Shown here in pieces: positions 9,276-18,763 of a stretch of 64,000 nt of DNA; the stretch's first letter is position 1, and each line of letters begins with the position of its first letter. The notes beneath the pieces were generated by a model that made no database searches, was not told where the DNA came from, and saw nothing but the letters and a program-made list of their open reading frames with translations. The position numbers and the translations under genes are program-made. The stretch lies in the IMG/VR virus record IMGVR_UViG_3300042554_001750, one strand, 5' to 3'. Source of the stretch: a virus (lineage: Duplodnaviria; Caudoviricetes).

Positions 9276-9959
9276 TTAGACAAACTTCATGTAATATTCT
9301 TCTACCCGTTTAAACCACTTATCTGTCCATTGATCAAATTCATTACCCTCAACAATGAATTCTTGGTAAATGTTGTCTGCTGTACACATAAAAATAACAC
9401 CCTTGCGTATGTTAGTACCGTGTACTTCGTTGTGTGCATTAGCATAGGCTACTAATTGTAAGAAGTAATCCTCAATCCACTCGCGCTTCTTTAATTTGTT
9501 AGATTGCTTGTGATCCATGATAGCAGGACTGCCATCATGTACGCCCACTAAGTCGGTAGTTCCTGCGTATATTTTAGGAAAGTATAATGATACTTCTGTG
9601 CCCCAAAACTCATTACACTTGATAAGTCCTTGATTAATGATAGATTGAGCCATTTGATGACTTTGAATGCTATATGGATTAGAACCGGGCGTCCCCAGTT
9701 CACCAGTCTTAATATAATCTTCAATCCACTTATGCATGCGAGTTCCGCGGCCCGCTGCCTCAGTAGTTATAGCTTGCGCTTGCTTTTCACCGACCCGTTG
9801 ACGCCATTCACGCAAAGCTTTTTTTGCTTCCTCTGGTTTTGTTGCATCTAAAATCGTAGTAACGCTTGGAAGCTTTTCACCGTCAGGTGTGGCGTATTTA
9901 CGGGCGCCATCTATGTTTTCGCGGTTGATCGCTGTGTAATTAAATTTTTGAGTAAGCAT
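9276..9959 (-). CDS. PD-(D/E)XK exonuclease (RecB/MGME1-like phage exonuclease)
   Basis: LPSVTTIL...GTRMH...EVSL...AGTTDLVG...MDHKQ...QLVAYA motifs. Confidence 0.8.
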   Translation of the reverse strand: MLTQKFNYTAINRENIDGARKYATPDGEKLPSVTTILDATKPEEAKKALREWRQRVGEKQAQAITTEAAGRGTRMHKWIEDYIKTGELGTPGSNPYSIQSHQMAQSIINQGLIKCNEFWGTEVSLYFPKIYAGTTDLVGVHDGSPAIMDHKQSNKLKKREWIEDYFLQLVAYANAHNEVHGTNIRKGVIFMCTADNIYQEFIVEGNEFDQWTDKWFKRVEEYYMKFV

Positions 9960-9965
9960 TAGGAA

Positions 9966-9994
9966 ATTGTAATGCTTTCATGAACAGATTGCAA
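9966..9994 (-). promoter_or_regulatory. Sigma70-type promoter (leaderless transcript predicted)
   Basis: TTGCAA-17 nt-TACAAT, 6 nt before the ATG at 9959. Confidence 0.65.
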
Positions 9995-10003
9995 CAAAAA
10001 AGG

Positions 10004-10327
10004 TTACTTAATGGCTCTTTTAGCCATTTGTTGAACAACTTTCTTTTGTTGGTCAACAGGTGCAGATACTCCTAAATCGTACCCTTTAAATATAACTTGA
10101 TCACCCTTGATATTAGAAATCAATTTGTTTAAGGGTGGTCTCTTAATCATATTGTATAAATCTTGATTACTCAATGAAATATCGTACTTGCGTAGGTACT
10201 TTAATAGTTCTTCCAGTGACATTTCAGGTGAAATGTCACCGGCATCTAAATCGGATTTTAATTGGTCAGTGACCGCAGCTAGTGCGGTCGCTCTAGGATC
10301 AATTTGATCCAATTCAAATATACGCAT
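10004..10327 (-). CDS. Hypothetical protein, probable internal head protein
   Basis: Likely start MRIFELDQ at 10327, directly after the upstream stop (track start 10366). Confidence 0.6.
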   Translation of the reverse strand: MRIFELDQIDPRATALAAVTDQLKSDLDAGDISPEMSLEELLKYLRKYDISLSNQDLYNMIKRPPLNKLISNIKGDQVIFKGYDLGVSAPVDQQKKVVQQMAKRAIK

Positions 10328-10328
10328 A

Positions 10329-11033
10329 TTAACGCTTTTCTCTACCAGCGCCTCCGACTGGACCAACTTCTGGCTCTTCAGGCTCTAAGTCTGGCTCAGG
10401 TAATTCTGCCATTTCATCGTCGGACACATCAAGGTCAACCTCTTCTTCAGATCCCATATCTGCTCCCATATCAGGAGCGGCAAATGCATCAGGTTGTGCA
10501 CCTTGACCTGTGATTGTATTCAATGCACCTTGCATAGAAGCCTTTGATTGGCTAAGTGCGGTTTGTAGAGAAGTCAATGCTTCTGTGGCTTGATTGTTGA
10601 ATTGTTCGCTTTCGTTAACACCCATTTCAGATTGAATGCTATTAACTAAAGCAGGCAATTCTTTAACTAACATGTCACTGACATCTTCAACCATTTTTTG
10701 AATGCTGTCAACCATGTCTTGTGCCGCTAAAACAACTTGAGACTTTTCAACTTCTTCGTTTTCAATAACGATACGAGGTTGTGGTCTTGCCATTAGTTCA
10801 TTGTGATGACTAACAAGTGCCTGCTCCATGAACACTAGTTTCATGTATGAAGGCTTTGAACTTTCTGTGTAAAAGTCTTTGTCTTGTTTAGCTTCCATTG
10901 CCAAAGCTCTTACCTTTTGCAACATCATTTTTACTTCAGGTAATGTCATTTTTGACACATCAAAAGAAACTTTATAGTTTTCTTTAAGTGCTTTAGCAGC
11001 ATAGTCTTTTTTATCAAAATCTGTTAATTTCAT
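10329..11033 (-). CDS. Acidic helical protein, prohead core/scaffold-like
   Basis: Coiled-coil, very acidic C-terminus, late promoter at 11059-11065. Confidence 0.55.
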   Translation of the reverse strand: MKLTDFDKKDYAAKALKENYKVSFDVSKMTLPEVKMMLQKVRALAMEAKQDKDFYTESSKPSYMKLVFMEQALVSHHNELMARPQPRIVIENEEVEKSQVVLAAQDMVDSIQKMVEDVSDMLVKELPALVNSIQSEMGVNESEQFNNQATEALTSLQTALSQSKASMQGALNTITGQGAQPDAFAAPDMGADMGSEEEVDLDVSDDEMAELPEPDLEPEEPEVGPVGGAGREKR

Positions 11034-11076
11034 AGTGGTTTTCCAAAATGTTATAATGTATTTATCTTTAATGAAT

Positions 11077-11556
11077 TTATTTTTGGTCTTTTAAGTAAAG
11101 AGTATTATACTGATGGAATTTAGCGGTTGCTGAGTAACCTTCTAGTTCCGCCAGCATAGTCTTTCTTTTGAGTTTTTCTTCATTAAGCTTTATCATATGC
11201 AAAAACTTTGCATCTAAATTGTTTTCTTTTGCTATTAATCTTTTAATAATAGACATAGAAACTTCAAGTCCGGATATTTTAGCATCCAGTTCTGCTACTC
11301 TGTTAGAAATCTGCCATTTTTTACGCTTTTCATAGATGCACCAGGTAACTGCATTTTTAAGGTTTGAAAAGATTGATTTAGAATCTCCATATAATCCGAT
11401 AACTTCAAATAGATTAGAATCTATTCTAGTTATTTTATATCGGTTAAACAACTCATAATTTCCATCTTCATTTTTAAAGATGGATAAATCTCCAGTAACC
11501 GAGTTCATTTCTCGGATGAAAAAATTTGTTACCTTTGTTTCTATGTTTTTATTCAT
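11077..11556 (-). CDS. Hypothetical protein, 159 aa
   Basis: ORF tiles with neighbours in operon. Confidence 0.7.
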   Translation of the reverse strand: MNKNIETKVTNFFIREMNSVTGDLSIFKNEDGNYELFNRYKITRIDSNLFEVIGLYGDSKSIFSNLKNAVTWCIYEKRKKWQISNRVAELDAKISGLEVSMSIIKRLIAKENNLDAKFLHMIKLNEEKLKRKTMLAELEGYSATAKFHQYNTLYLKDQK

Positions 11557-12001
11557 TTACAATACTAAAATAAATGTTTCTAAGTTCAGGAGTTGAATCC
11601 AAAAAATTGTTAGTTTTTGGATATTCGTTTCCCGACAACAACATCGGCACTCCATGACAATCATTATATAATGCCCCTAATTCAGTTATACCATTATAAA
11701 ATACACTGGGATGTTGTACAGAAAAATTAAATGTCCAGCAGGGTACAGAAACTGTTTCTTGTTCAGATAGTAAAAACCCAAAATATTCAACTTCGTTTAA
11801 TTTTAAATCAAATTTTTTAGGTACCGATATTTGTTCAGGCTGTGATCTTAATGAGATTACCTGCAAGATGGTATCTAGGTTGCATTGAGAATTTCTTTTT
11901 GACTTCCATTCTTCAATGTGATCTTCAGGTGGTTTGGACCTATTTGACACCCCTGTTTGAGTAATATCAAATAATGTATAGCAAATCATCCTATGGCTCA
12001 T
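11549..12001 (-). CDS. Hypothetical protein, 150 aa
   Basis: ORF with late promoter 5 nt upstream of the ATG. Confidence 0.7.
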   Translation of the reverse strand: MSHRMICYTLFDITQTGVSNRSKPPEDHIEEWKSKRNSQCNLDTILQVISLRSQPEQISVPKKFDLKLNEVEYFGFLLSEQETVSVPCWTFNFSVQHPSVFYNGITELGALYNDCHGVPMLLSGNEYPKTNNFLDSTPELRNIYFSIVNE

Positions 12002-12018
12002 GAAGATATTTATGAGGT

Positions 12019-12049
12019 AAAAAAACCCGAGAATAATTCTCGGGTTTTT
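12019..12049 (-). terminator. Rho-independent terminator
   Basis: AAAAACCCGAGAAT/ATTCTCGGGTTTTT inverted repeat with T-tracts. Confidence 0.85.
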
Positions 12050-12065
12050 GTGTCAAACTAAAAGA

Positions 12066-12434
12066 TTAGTTTGTGAATGTAGCACTTGCAGCTACTGTTA
12101 CTGCAATACCAGCTGCTGTTACAGCGGTATCTAATGTTGCTGCTGTCCATGCACCAACTGGATATACAGCCATTGCGAATGTATCGTCAGAAGCGTCTGT
12201 ATACTCATAGATATAGATTGTAGCTAATTGCTGAACAGTCTGAACGATTGTAGCAACGTTTGCTGTGCTGAATGCACCTGTGTCCTTGGTTAGAGTGAAG
12301 AACTCTAGCTTAGGACCTTGTGGTTGAACTGTTGCACCAGAAACAACTGCGTTTAAGCCATTGTTGGTATATGCTGGAGAGTCATAGTTGATGACTGGTT
12401 GAAAGTCGCCGTTAACTTTTGTAAATTGTGCCAT
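12066..12434 (-). CDS. Small virion structural protein, 122 aa
   Basis: Own late promoter, 5' hairpin (TGCAAC/GTTGCA), AAGGA RBS and own terminator suggest an abundant monocistronic product. Confidence 0.65.
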   Translation of the reverse strand: MAQFTKVNGDFQPVINYDSPAYTNNGLNAVVSGATVQPQGPKLEFFTLTKDTGAFSTANVATIVQTVQQLATIYIYEYTDASDDTFAMAVYPVGAWTAATLDTAVTAAGIAVTVAASATFTN

Positions 12435-12513
12435 TTTAATATTCCTTAAATAAGTTGCAACCTACTGTTGCATGATAGTATTTATGCCTGGCACAAAAAA
12501 ATGTTGGTTTTGG

Positions 12514-13671
12514 TTAGGTTCTTCCGGCTAAATTTTGTGCTGAAAAGCCCATTCTATCTACAAATTTCAAGCCCTGACTGACGAATCCTTCTTGGGTTCT
12601 AGTACCGTCTTGTAGGTAACCCTGTACAGGAGCAGATTCAGCGGCTTTGTTTAGTTGCTGAACTACAGCCATTTTTAAGTTGTATAATGCTATCCAAATT
12701 CTAAATGCACCCAACAAGCCTTCTTTATTAGCTTCAATATGCTGTGTCAATTTAGTACGCATATTATCTGTCATGGGTCTACTTTCAAAGTATTCCATAA
12801 ACCCGTCATACAAATTACTTAAATTTTTACTAACTATTTTTTTGTTTATGTAGGTAGTGAACAAGTTTTGAAATGCGCTAGCAGCCTGAGGGGCTGTACT
12901 CATTAGTTTATCTACAGCAGGTCCATACTTGGTAATCTCAGCTTGTGCATTTCTAATCAATTTAGGATCTACTCTAAGATCAGGAGTCATGGGCATCTTA
13001 GCAGGAACAATCGCTACATCACTTGCGTTCTTTAAATTACCTATAGTACCATTTAATGGAGTAGCCTGATCGGTTGTGATAGCTCCCTCGGGAATATATT
13101 GATGAACTACAATTCCTGCTGTTTTGTTTGTTAATTCTTTTCCAATTTCACTATCAGGATCTACTGTGTATTCTATACCGTTTGGATTAGCTTTAAAATG
13201 ATATAATCCATCATTGCTGGGTTTTAACGGTTGACTAAACAATAAGTCTCCCCAGTAATAGCCCTTACCCGGGGTTGACTTTTCTAACCCAGACCATATC
13301 TCACCAATTAGTTGATGTAACTGACTTCTATCTACTCCCCTATCACTGTCATATTTGACAAACTGACTAGGGCTGTAGATTGCTCTACCGGACCCGTCTT
13401 TTTTGTTGAACATATGCTTGTCCATGATAGAAAACTTCCCATCAGAACCACGCCCGAATATCAATGCAGGATATCCGTCCCATTTAATTGTAATTGCTTT
13501 GGGATTTTTAACGGTGTTTACAATTGCATCTACAGCTTGATTGGCGCCGTCACTTCCACCTAAAAATACCAGATCCTCAGGATGGTCTAAATGACCCTTT
13601 GCCTCAAAGACTAAAGAATCCAAATCCTTTAGCCTGTCTGTCAATTTAGATAAAGATTCCGATAAGTTCAT
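12514..13671 (-). CDS. DUF6267-like protein with ATP-dependent ligase-type motifs
   Basis: HLDHPEDL, TIKWDGYPALIFG, WGDLLF and QEGFV motifs. Confidence 0.6.
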   Translation of the reverse strand: MNLSESLSKLTDRLKDLDSLVFEAKGHLDHPEDLVFLGGSDGANQAVDAIVNTVKNPKAITIKWDGYPALIFGRGSDGKFSIMDKHMFNKKDGSGRAIYSPSQFVKYDSDRGVDRSQLHQLIGEIWSGLEKSTPGKGYYWGDLLFSQPLKPSNDGLYHFKANPNGIEYTVDPDSEIGKELTNKTAGIVVHQYIPEGAITTDQATPLNGTIGNLKNASDVAIVPAKMPMTPDLRVDPKLIRNAQAEITKYGPAVDKLMSTAPQAASAFQNLFTTYINKKIVSKNLSNLYDGFMEYFESRPMTDNMRTKLTQHIEANKEGLLGAFRIWIALYNLKMAVVQQLNKAAESAPVQGYLQDGTRTQEGFVSQGLKFVDRMGFSAQNLAGRT

Positions 13672-13672
13672 A

Positions 13673-13924
13673 TTATTCGTCTTGTTCTTTAGTTTTCTTT
13701 AATGATTTTGAAAAACGGTTTTGGTCTCTGCTTTTTATAGCATTCAAAAGTTTTCTTTCTAAAACCTCAGACTTATCTTTATCGTAATGTCTATTAATAA
13801 GTTCTAGTAAATTAATAGCACTGGTAATGATATTATGAGCCCTATTTTCAATAATATGTGACATGTCACGATTACTGCCAATGGACTCTAATTCTTCTAA
13901 TAGGCTACGGGTTTTCTTTTGCAT
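13673..13924 (-). CDS. Hypothetical protein, 83 aa
   Basis: Late promoter 4 nt upstream of the ATG. Confidence 0.7.
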   Translation of the reverse strand: MQKKTRSLLEELESIGSNRDMSHIIENRAHNIITSAINLLELINRHYDKDKSEVLERKLLNAIKSRDQNRFSKSLKKTKEQDE

Positions 13925-13947
13925 CTAGTATTTATCTAGTATCTAGA

Positions 13948-15363
13948 TTATTTTTTGAGCGAATTTAATAGGGCCTTGAGTTTTGCACTTCCTACATCAG
14001 CGACCACTTTCTTAGTTTCAGGCTGAATTTCGCCTGTGTTTGGATCTACAGTTTCTGAAACTACTGTACTCTGAGTTTTAAGCCTATTCATTAGATCATT
14101 GGGACTAGGTTGCGGAGCTTTGTAAGTATTTGCGTCAGGATTAGGATCCGTAATTCTTAATGTTTCTACATTAAATTCCAACTCAATCTTTTGTCCCACA
14201 CCCGAACTACTACGGGTTTTCATTAACTGTAATTGATACTGTCCACGCTCACGCATAGACCTAGAAGTAAAGATACCGAACACATTATCTGCTGTGTTAA
14301 TCTTTGAAATACCACCTGAGATATGACTATGATCAAATTCAATTTCTTCTACAGCACTACGGTTCAACTGACTTGCTGTGACAAATAATACATTTAATTC
14401 TTTAGCCAAGTTACGCAACTCTTCCGATACATATTTGTCTTTCACAAACAAGTCTGAAGGACTGACCTTTGCGCTGACAGGCATGAGCAAGTCCAAATAG
14501 TCTACACACAAAAAGTCAAGTCTCAAACCTGTTTGAATTTGAAGTTCTTTACAATATGCTCTTAAATCATTTACTGTACTTTGAGCAGGCATATATTTGA
14601 TTCGCAAGCCACCTGCTTTCTTTTGTAGCATCTTGACCTTCATTTCAACATTGTCAATGTCTTTGAAGATTTCACGGCTGCTTGTATCTGTCATCATACT
14701 ATCAATACGCATACTACACAAGCCCTCACTAAGTTCTAGTGTTACATACACACCGTTTAATCCTGCTTGTGCCCAGTTAACTGCTAAATTCTGCATGAAC
14801 AAACTCTTGCCTGATCCTGAGCCACCTGCAAAAATTTGAAGTTCACCGCGATTGAAACCACCATATAATTTCTGATCCATACTAGGCCAGCCAGTGCTAT
14901 TCTGTCCATTGTTAGATTTCAATGCCATCAATCGTGCTCTAGGATCAGCAAAGTAATCTGTACCCATATCTTTCTGTAGACTAATCTGCACGGCGTCTTT
15001 GATTAGTTTTTCTACAGGACCATACTCACCCTTTTCAAGTAAGTCTGCTGATTTAAGAATCGCTCTTTCAAGTTCTTGTCGTTTAGTGAATTGTTCAAAT
15101 TCATCTAGAAACCACTGATAGTGCCCATCATCAAGTTCTGAAATGTTTTCAACTTCAACTCCTGTTGATGCCTTTACCTGCGCAGGGTCGGGCATAATGT
15201 TATATTTTTTGCTATGCTCTACTAAAAATTCTGCTACAGGTTTTAATTTGCGGTCAAAATTACTTGGGTTCATGATATTCATGACCCGTGTATACAGTTC
15301 TGCGTTTGTAACCATCATACGCAAAAACAACAACTGCATATCACTATTATATTCTGTGCTCAA
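13948..15363 (-). CDS. Replicative DnaB-family helicase (T4 gp41-like)
   Basis: Walker A GGSGSGKS, VDYLDL, TASQLNR and MKTR motifs. Confidence 0.92.
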   Translation of the reverse strand: MSTEYNSDMQLLFLRMMVTNAELYTRVMNIMNPSNFDRKLKPVAEFLVEHSKKYNIMPDPAQVKASTGVEVENISELDDGHYQWFLDEFEQFTKRQELERAILKSADLLEKGEYGPVEKLIKDAVQISLQKDMGTDYFADPRARLMALKSNNGQNSTGWPSMDQKLYGGFNRGELQIFAGGSGSGKSLFMQNLAVNWAQAGLNGVYVTLELSEGLCSMRIDSMMTDTSSREIFKDIDNVEMKVKMLQKKAGGLRIKYMPAQSTVNDLRAYCKELQIQTGLRLDFLCVDYLDLLMPVSAKVSPSDLFVKDKYVSEELRNLAKELNVLFVTASQLNRSAVEEIEFDHSHISGGISKINTADNVFGIFTSRSMRERGQYQLQLMKTRSSSGVGQKIELEFNVETLRITDPNPDANTYKAPQPSPNDLMNRLKTQSTVVSETVDPNTGEIQPETKKVVADVGSAKLKALLNSLKK

Positions 15364-16321
15364 GTTTTCTCCTCTGTATTTCTATTTTGACTTTACTTGT
15401 AGTTGCACTCTGTAAGATACTTAGTAATGTAGGGAGTTTACCATATTTTACTACTGCATCGTTTACATCTTTTACATCATTGTCCCAATTTGGTATACTA
15501 ACACTATATCCTAATTCTAATGCTTTATCACAAGTACTAAGCCCTGTCTTATCACGATCTGGTACAAAGATAATTTTTCTATTGAGTTGGCTCAATAACT
15601 CAACTTGGTCATCATTAATTGTGTTATGAGTTAACGCACAACCATTGATACTTAATGCGTCAAAAATACCTTCTACCAATATACAAACTTCATATTCAGG
15701 TTTTTGAAAATCAATACCAAACACATATCCTTGCTGTTGCTCATTGATGTATTTAGGTGTCTTGTTGTCTAAGAAGCGACTGGTGTGACCTACAATTTTA
15801 TTTTGATAGGTATATGGAATGATTATTCTATTGCCTTGGCGACCACTTTCATTTGGTGTAATCATGAACGGGTAGTCACTAACATTTATACCCCGTGCCT
15901 GCACATAATCCACATATACTTTGTGTAATGGATTGTTTACATCAAGTAATTCACCTTCGGGAAGAGTATGTTCTTTAAACTTGATTTTCTTTTTATTCTT
16001 TTTAACTTGTACATAAGACAATAAATCTTTATGCTGTAAACTTTCAAGGCTCCAGCGTTGGATTTGCTGTTCGTCTATGCCAGACCACATCAATAATTGT
16101 TTTGTATTTTTGGTTATGCTTTTTCCCAACATGAATCCACACTTGAACCCACAGTTGAAACAATGCATACTCCAATTATCACCGTCCATTCTGATTCCGC
16201 CGCGACTGCGTTTATCGGGTTTGTGACCACGATTATGGCAACACACTGCGTTGAAACTATGCCAACCGCTTTGTGTGAGTTTTTTCTTACCCGGAATAAC
16301 AGACAGGATATCAAACATCAT
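15347..16321 (-). CDS. DNA primase (T4 gp61/DnaG-like)
   Basis: N-terminal Cys/His zinc-binding region (CCH...HCFNC); TOPRIM VEGIFDA and PDRD. Confidence 0.9.
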   Translation of the reverse strand: MMFDILSVIPGKKKLTQSGWHSFNAVCCHNRGHKPDKRSRGGIRMDGDNWSMHCFNCGFKCGFMLGKSITKNTKQLLMWSGIDEQQIQRWSLESLQHKDLLSYVQVKKNKKKIKFKEHTLPEGELLDVNNPLHKVYVDYVQARGINVSDYPFMITPNESGRQGNRIIIPYTYQNKIVGHTSRFLDNKTPKYINEQQQGYVFGIDFQKPEYEVCILVEGIFDALSINGCALTHNTINDDQVELLSQLNRKIIFVPDRDKTGLSTCDKALELGYSVSIPNWDNDVKDVNDAVVKYGKLPTLLSILQSATTSKVKIEIQRRKLEHRI

Positions 16322-16324
16322 GTA

Positions 16325-16353
16325 AGTATAACATGATTTCTATAGAAGATCAA
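16325..16353 (-). promoter_or_regulatory. Sigma70-type promoter for primase-helicase
   Basis: TTGATC-17 nt-TATACT. Confidence 0.6.
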
Positions 16354-16356
16354 CTA

Positions 16357-17139
16357 TTATCTAGCCAATATGTTTGTTGCAACGCCGGCGTTGCTCGTAA
16401 ATACCATTCTTACATATGGGTGATATCCACGAATAGACCATCCAAATGTGTCAGTTACATTGGCATAATCTTCACTAATAGTAATTGGATACCAATCACC
16501 GTCAACAATAGTAGATCCTTCAATTCCAACCGTACCGTTAAACTCTGTCAAATGAGTTTGTATGGTTAGTACGGGATTGTCTTCTGTGTTGATAACACTA
16601 CTATAGTAAATGTTAGCGTTAGGTAATGGATTATTGGGATTTACATCAGGATTTAAATTAGGAAACGGTTGTCCTGTAGGAATTGTAATAGTTTCGCTAG
16701 GAATAAATGCAGGTAATACAGAATTAACAATATACAAATCTCCGCGGGCGCCTGCATTCTGATCCACGAAAACCGGGAAATCAAATTCACCGATTGGAAT
16801 TTCTAATGAATAATGTGCTCTTTGTGCATCAATATTTTCAATGTCTGCTGCATTCAAATATAATGATGCGATACCTGTTAATGGTAACTGTAATGTCAAT
16901 GCTTTTCGCAATAGAACTTCGCTACCATTATAACTGATAGCTCTAAAAACTATGCTTTTTCCAGTAATGTCAACTGGCTTTTGTTCTTGATTTAAAAATT
17001 GAAACTGGAGCTGATTGTCAACTCCCTTATGTAGAGTTAGAGGTTTGGCATACTGTGGCATATATTTCCTTACTGAATTGCCCGTCAATAACACAACTAT
17101 CTGTCGTTGTGTGTAAATAAAAACCGATGTTGAATACAC
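16357..17139 (-). CDS. Probable virion protein (BppU-like N-terminal beta-sandwich)
   Basis: LQFQFLNQEQKPVDITGKSIVF pattern; CTAAATA late-like promoter upstream. Confidence 0.5.
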   Translation of the reverse strand: MYSTSVFIYTQRQIVVLLTGNSVRKYMPQYAKPLTLHKGVDNQLQFQFLNQEQKPVDITGKSIVFRAISYNGSEVLLRKALTLQLPLTGIASLYLNAADIENIDAQRAHYSLEIPIGEFDFPVFVDQNAGARGDLYIVNSVLPAFIPSETITIPTGQPFPNLNPDVNPNNPLPNANIYYSSVINTEDNPVLTIQTHLTEFNGTVGIEGSTIVDGDWYPITISEDYANVTDTFGWSIRGYHPYVRMVFTSNAGVATNILAR

Positions 17140-17231
17140 AAAAGATTTCCTTTACTGTATTTAGCATGAAAAAAATTAAAATAAATAGTTCGGGTAAGGT
17201 GAGTAAATAATAGTTATTCATATAATAATTA

Positions 17232-17612
17232 ATGGCTTTAAACGATTTTTTTAAGAAGTTGAGCGAAAATCATCCCTTTATAACGGTTTGCTCATACGCT
17301 AATCAAGACTATGTAGGAATAGTGCAAAACAGGGATGATACAGTCACCACAATATATGATTACGGAGCCATTGTTGATCAGGAAATCAAGAGTAAATTCT
17401 TAGAACTAGGTGATATTTGGTGGTGGGAAAGCAATAGACTTATACCTATAAATCTATTTTTGAAAGATGAATGGAGTATTTTTAAGCCCTATCTAAGAAC
17501 TTTTAATAATAAAAGTTTAGTAATTTTACACGGGCCCACATGTAGTATGAATGAACTTCACAAACGCCGTAGTAAGAGGCGTAGTATCACGCTAGTCAAG
17601 CGTATTTCCTAA
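17232..17612 (+). CDS. Hypothetical protein, 126 aa
   Basis: Isolated plus-strand ORF, divergent from 16357..17139, TAAATA upstream. Confidence 0.7.
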   Translation: MALNDFFKKLSENHPFITVCSYANQDYVGIVQNRDDTVTTIYDYGAIVDQEIKSKFLELGDIWWWESNRLIPINLFLKDEWSIFKPYLRTFNNKSLVILHGPTCSMNELHKRRSKRRSITLVKRIS

Positions 17613-18176
17613 TTCTACTAATAAATTCATATGTACTGCTACTAGCCACGCATACCCAACCGCGTGTGCTTTCTTAAACTGATATCCGTCAGTGCCACGA
17701 TCCCATATTGTTTTTGCTACTTCAATCCAGGGTAGTCCAATCAGATGCTTTTTTCCCGGGCGAATCAATGCTAGAAACATAGCAAGTCTAGGAATACTAT
17801 TGACTGGTTCGGGCATCTTAGTTAGTGACGGATAATGATTTCCAATATGAATTAGTTTTTCTACAAAGAACGGATCATTCAATTTCTTCCAGTCAGGATC
17901 CCGCATAAGTTCTATCAAATGCTTTTCATCACGGACATGCTTATAAACATGTACATTCAATAAATCCAACTTAAAATAACCCCTCTTTTCTGCGTCTGAA
18001 TAGTCAATAGCTGCCATATCATTTACAGGATCGTAGGGTATTTCTGTAATATGAACTCCAGTAGCATGCTTGCGAATAGGATTTACCTTTAGCATAGCTG
18101 AAGGGATATGTTTTATATGTTGCAGTAATGTACTTCTATCTGCTAAGTCAATGTCTACATCAGTATCAATTTTCAT
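17592..18176 (-). CDS. Miniature family-C (DnaE/Pol III alpha-like) polymerase core, 194 aa
   Basis: Collinear DnaE motifs DVDID, KHATGV, GYFKLDLL, ALIRPG and GYQFKKAHAVGY. Confidence 0.75.
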   Translation of the reverse strand: MKIDTDVDIDLADRSTLLQHIKHIPSAMLKVNPIRKHATGVHITEIPYDPVNDMAAIDYSDAEKRGYFKLDLLNVHVYKHVRDEKHLIELMRDPDWKKLNDPFFVEKLIHIGNHYPSLTKMPEPVNSIPRLAMFLALIRPGKKHLIGLPWIEVAKTIWDRGTDGYQFKKAHAVGYAWLVAVHMNLLVELGNTLD

Positions 18177-18763
18177 AATTGTATTGTTTTTATGCCACGC
18201 AATAACATTTCAACGCTAACTGCTACCAATATAAGACCCATTAATCTTTCCATAGCAATTAAAAATCTATTACCCAATAGATGTTGTATTCTATCACCTA
18301 TTAATAAAGCAATCATACTTATGGTAATACCTACTCCCATCGCTGCCACCCATACCCAAAACTCATCGGGTTGCTGACTAACTAATAACATCACAGTAGC
18401 TAACGCACTAGGTCCTGCAATCAATGGTATTGCCAATGGCACTATAAATGGTTCATGGTCCAATATTTCTTCTTCAACATTAGAATCATTAGGAAATACC
18501 ATTTTTATAGCAATAAGAAATAAAATAACTGCGCCTGCTAATTGGAGACTAGCATTACTTAATCCCAATGCACTTAAAAAGTGCTGACCCACAATCATAA
18601 AAAGAAATAGAATACCGAAAGCAATAAAATGCTCACGCACGATAATCCAACTTCTTTTTTCTACGCTATACTTTTTTAGTGTACTACTAAAGATGGGAAA
18701 ATTTCCAAACGGATCAAATATAAGTATCAGTAGCATCAATGCTGAAACAAATGTGTAGGTCAT
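18173..18763 (-). CDS. marC: MarC/NAAT-family integral membrane protein
   Basis: Six hydrophobic segments; DPFGN, AGAVILF, IVPLAIPLIAGP and ERLMGLIL signatures. Confidence 0.88.
   Translation of the reverse strand: MTYTFVSALMLLILIFDPFGNFPIFSSTLKKYSVEKRSWIIVREHFIAFGILFLFMIVGQHFLSALGLSNASLQLAGAVILFLIAIKMVFPNDSNVEEEILDHEPFIVPLAIPLIAGPSALATVMLLVSQQPDEFWVWVAAMGVGITISMIALLIGDRIQHLLGNRFLIAMERLMGLILVAVSVEMLLRGIKTIQL

Noticed and set aside
9276-9959. Possible Cas4 / CRISPR-related nuclease
   Set aside because: RecB-like motifs are present but the four Fe-S cluster cysteines of Cas4 are not; no CRISPR array or cas genes in the window.
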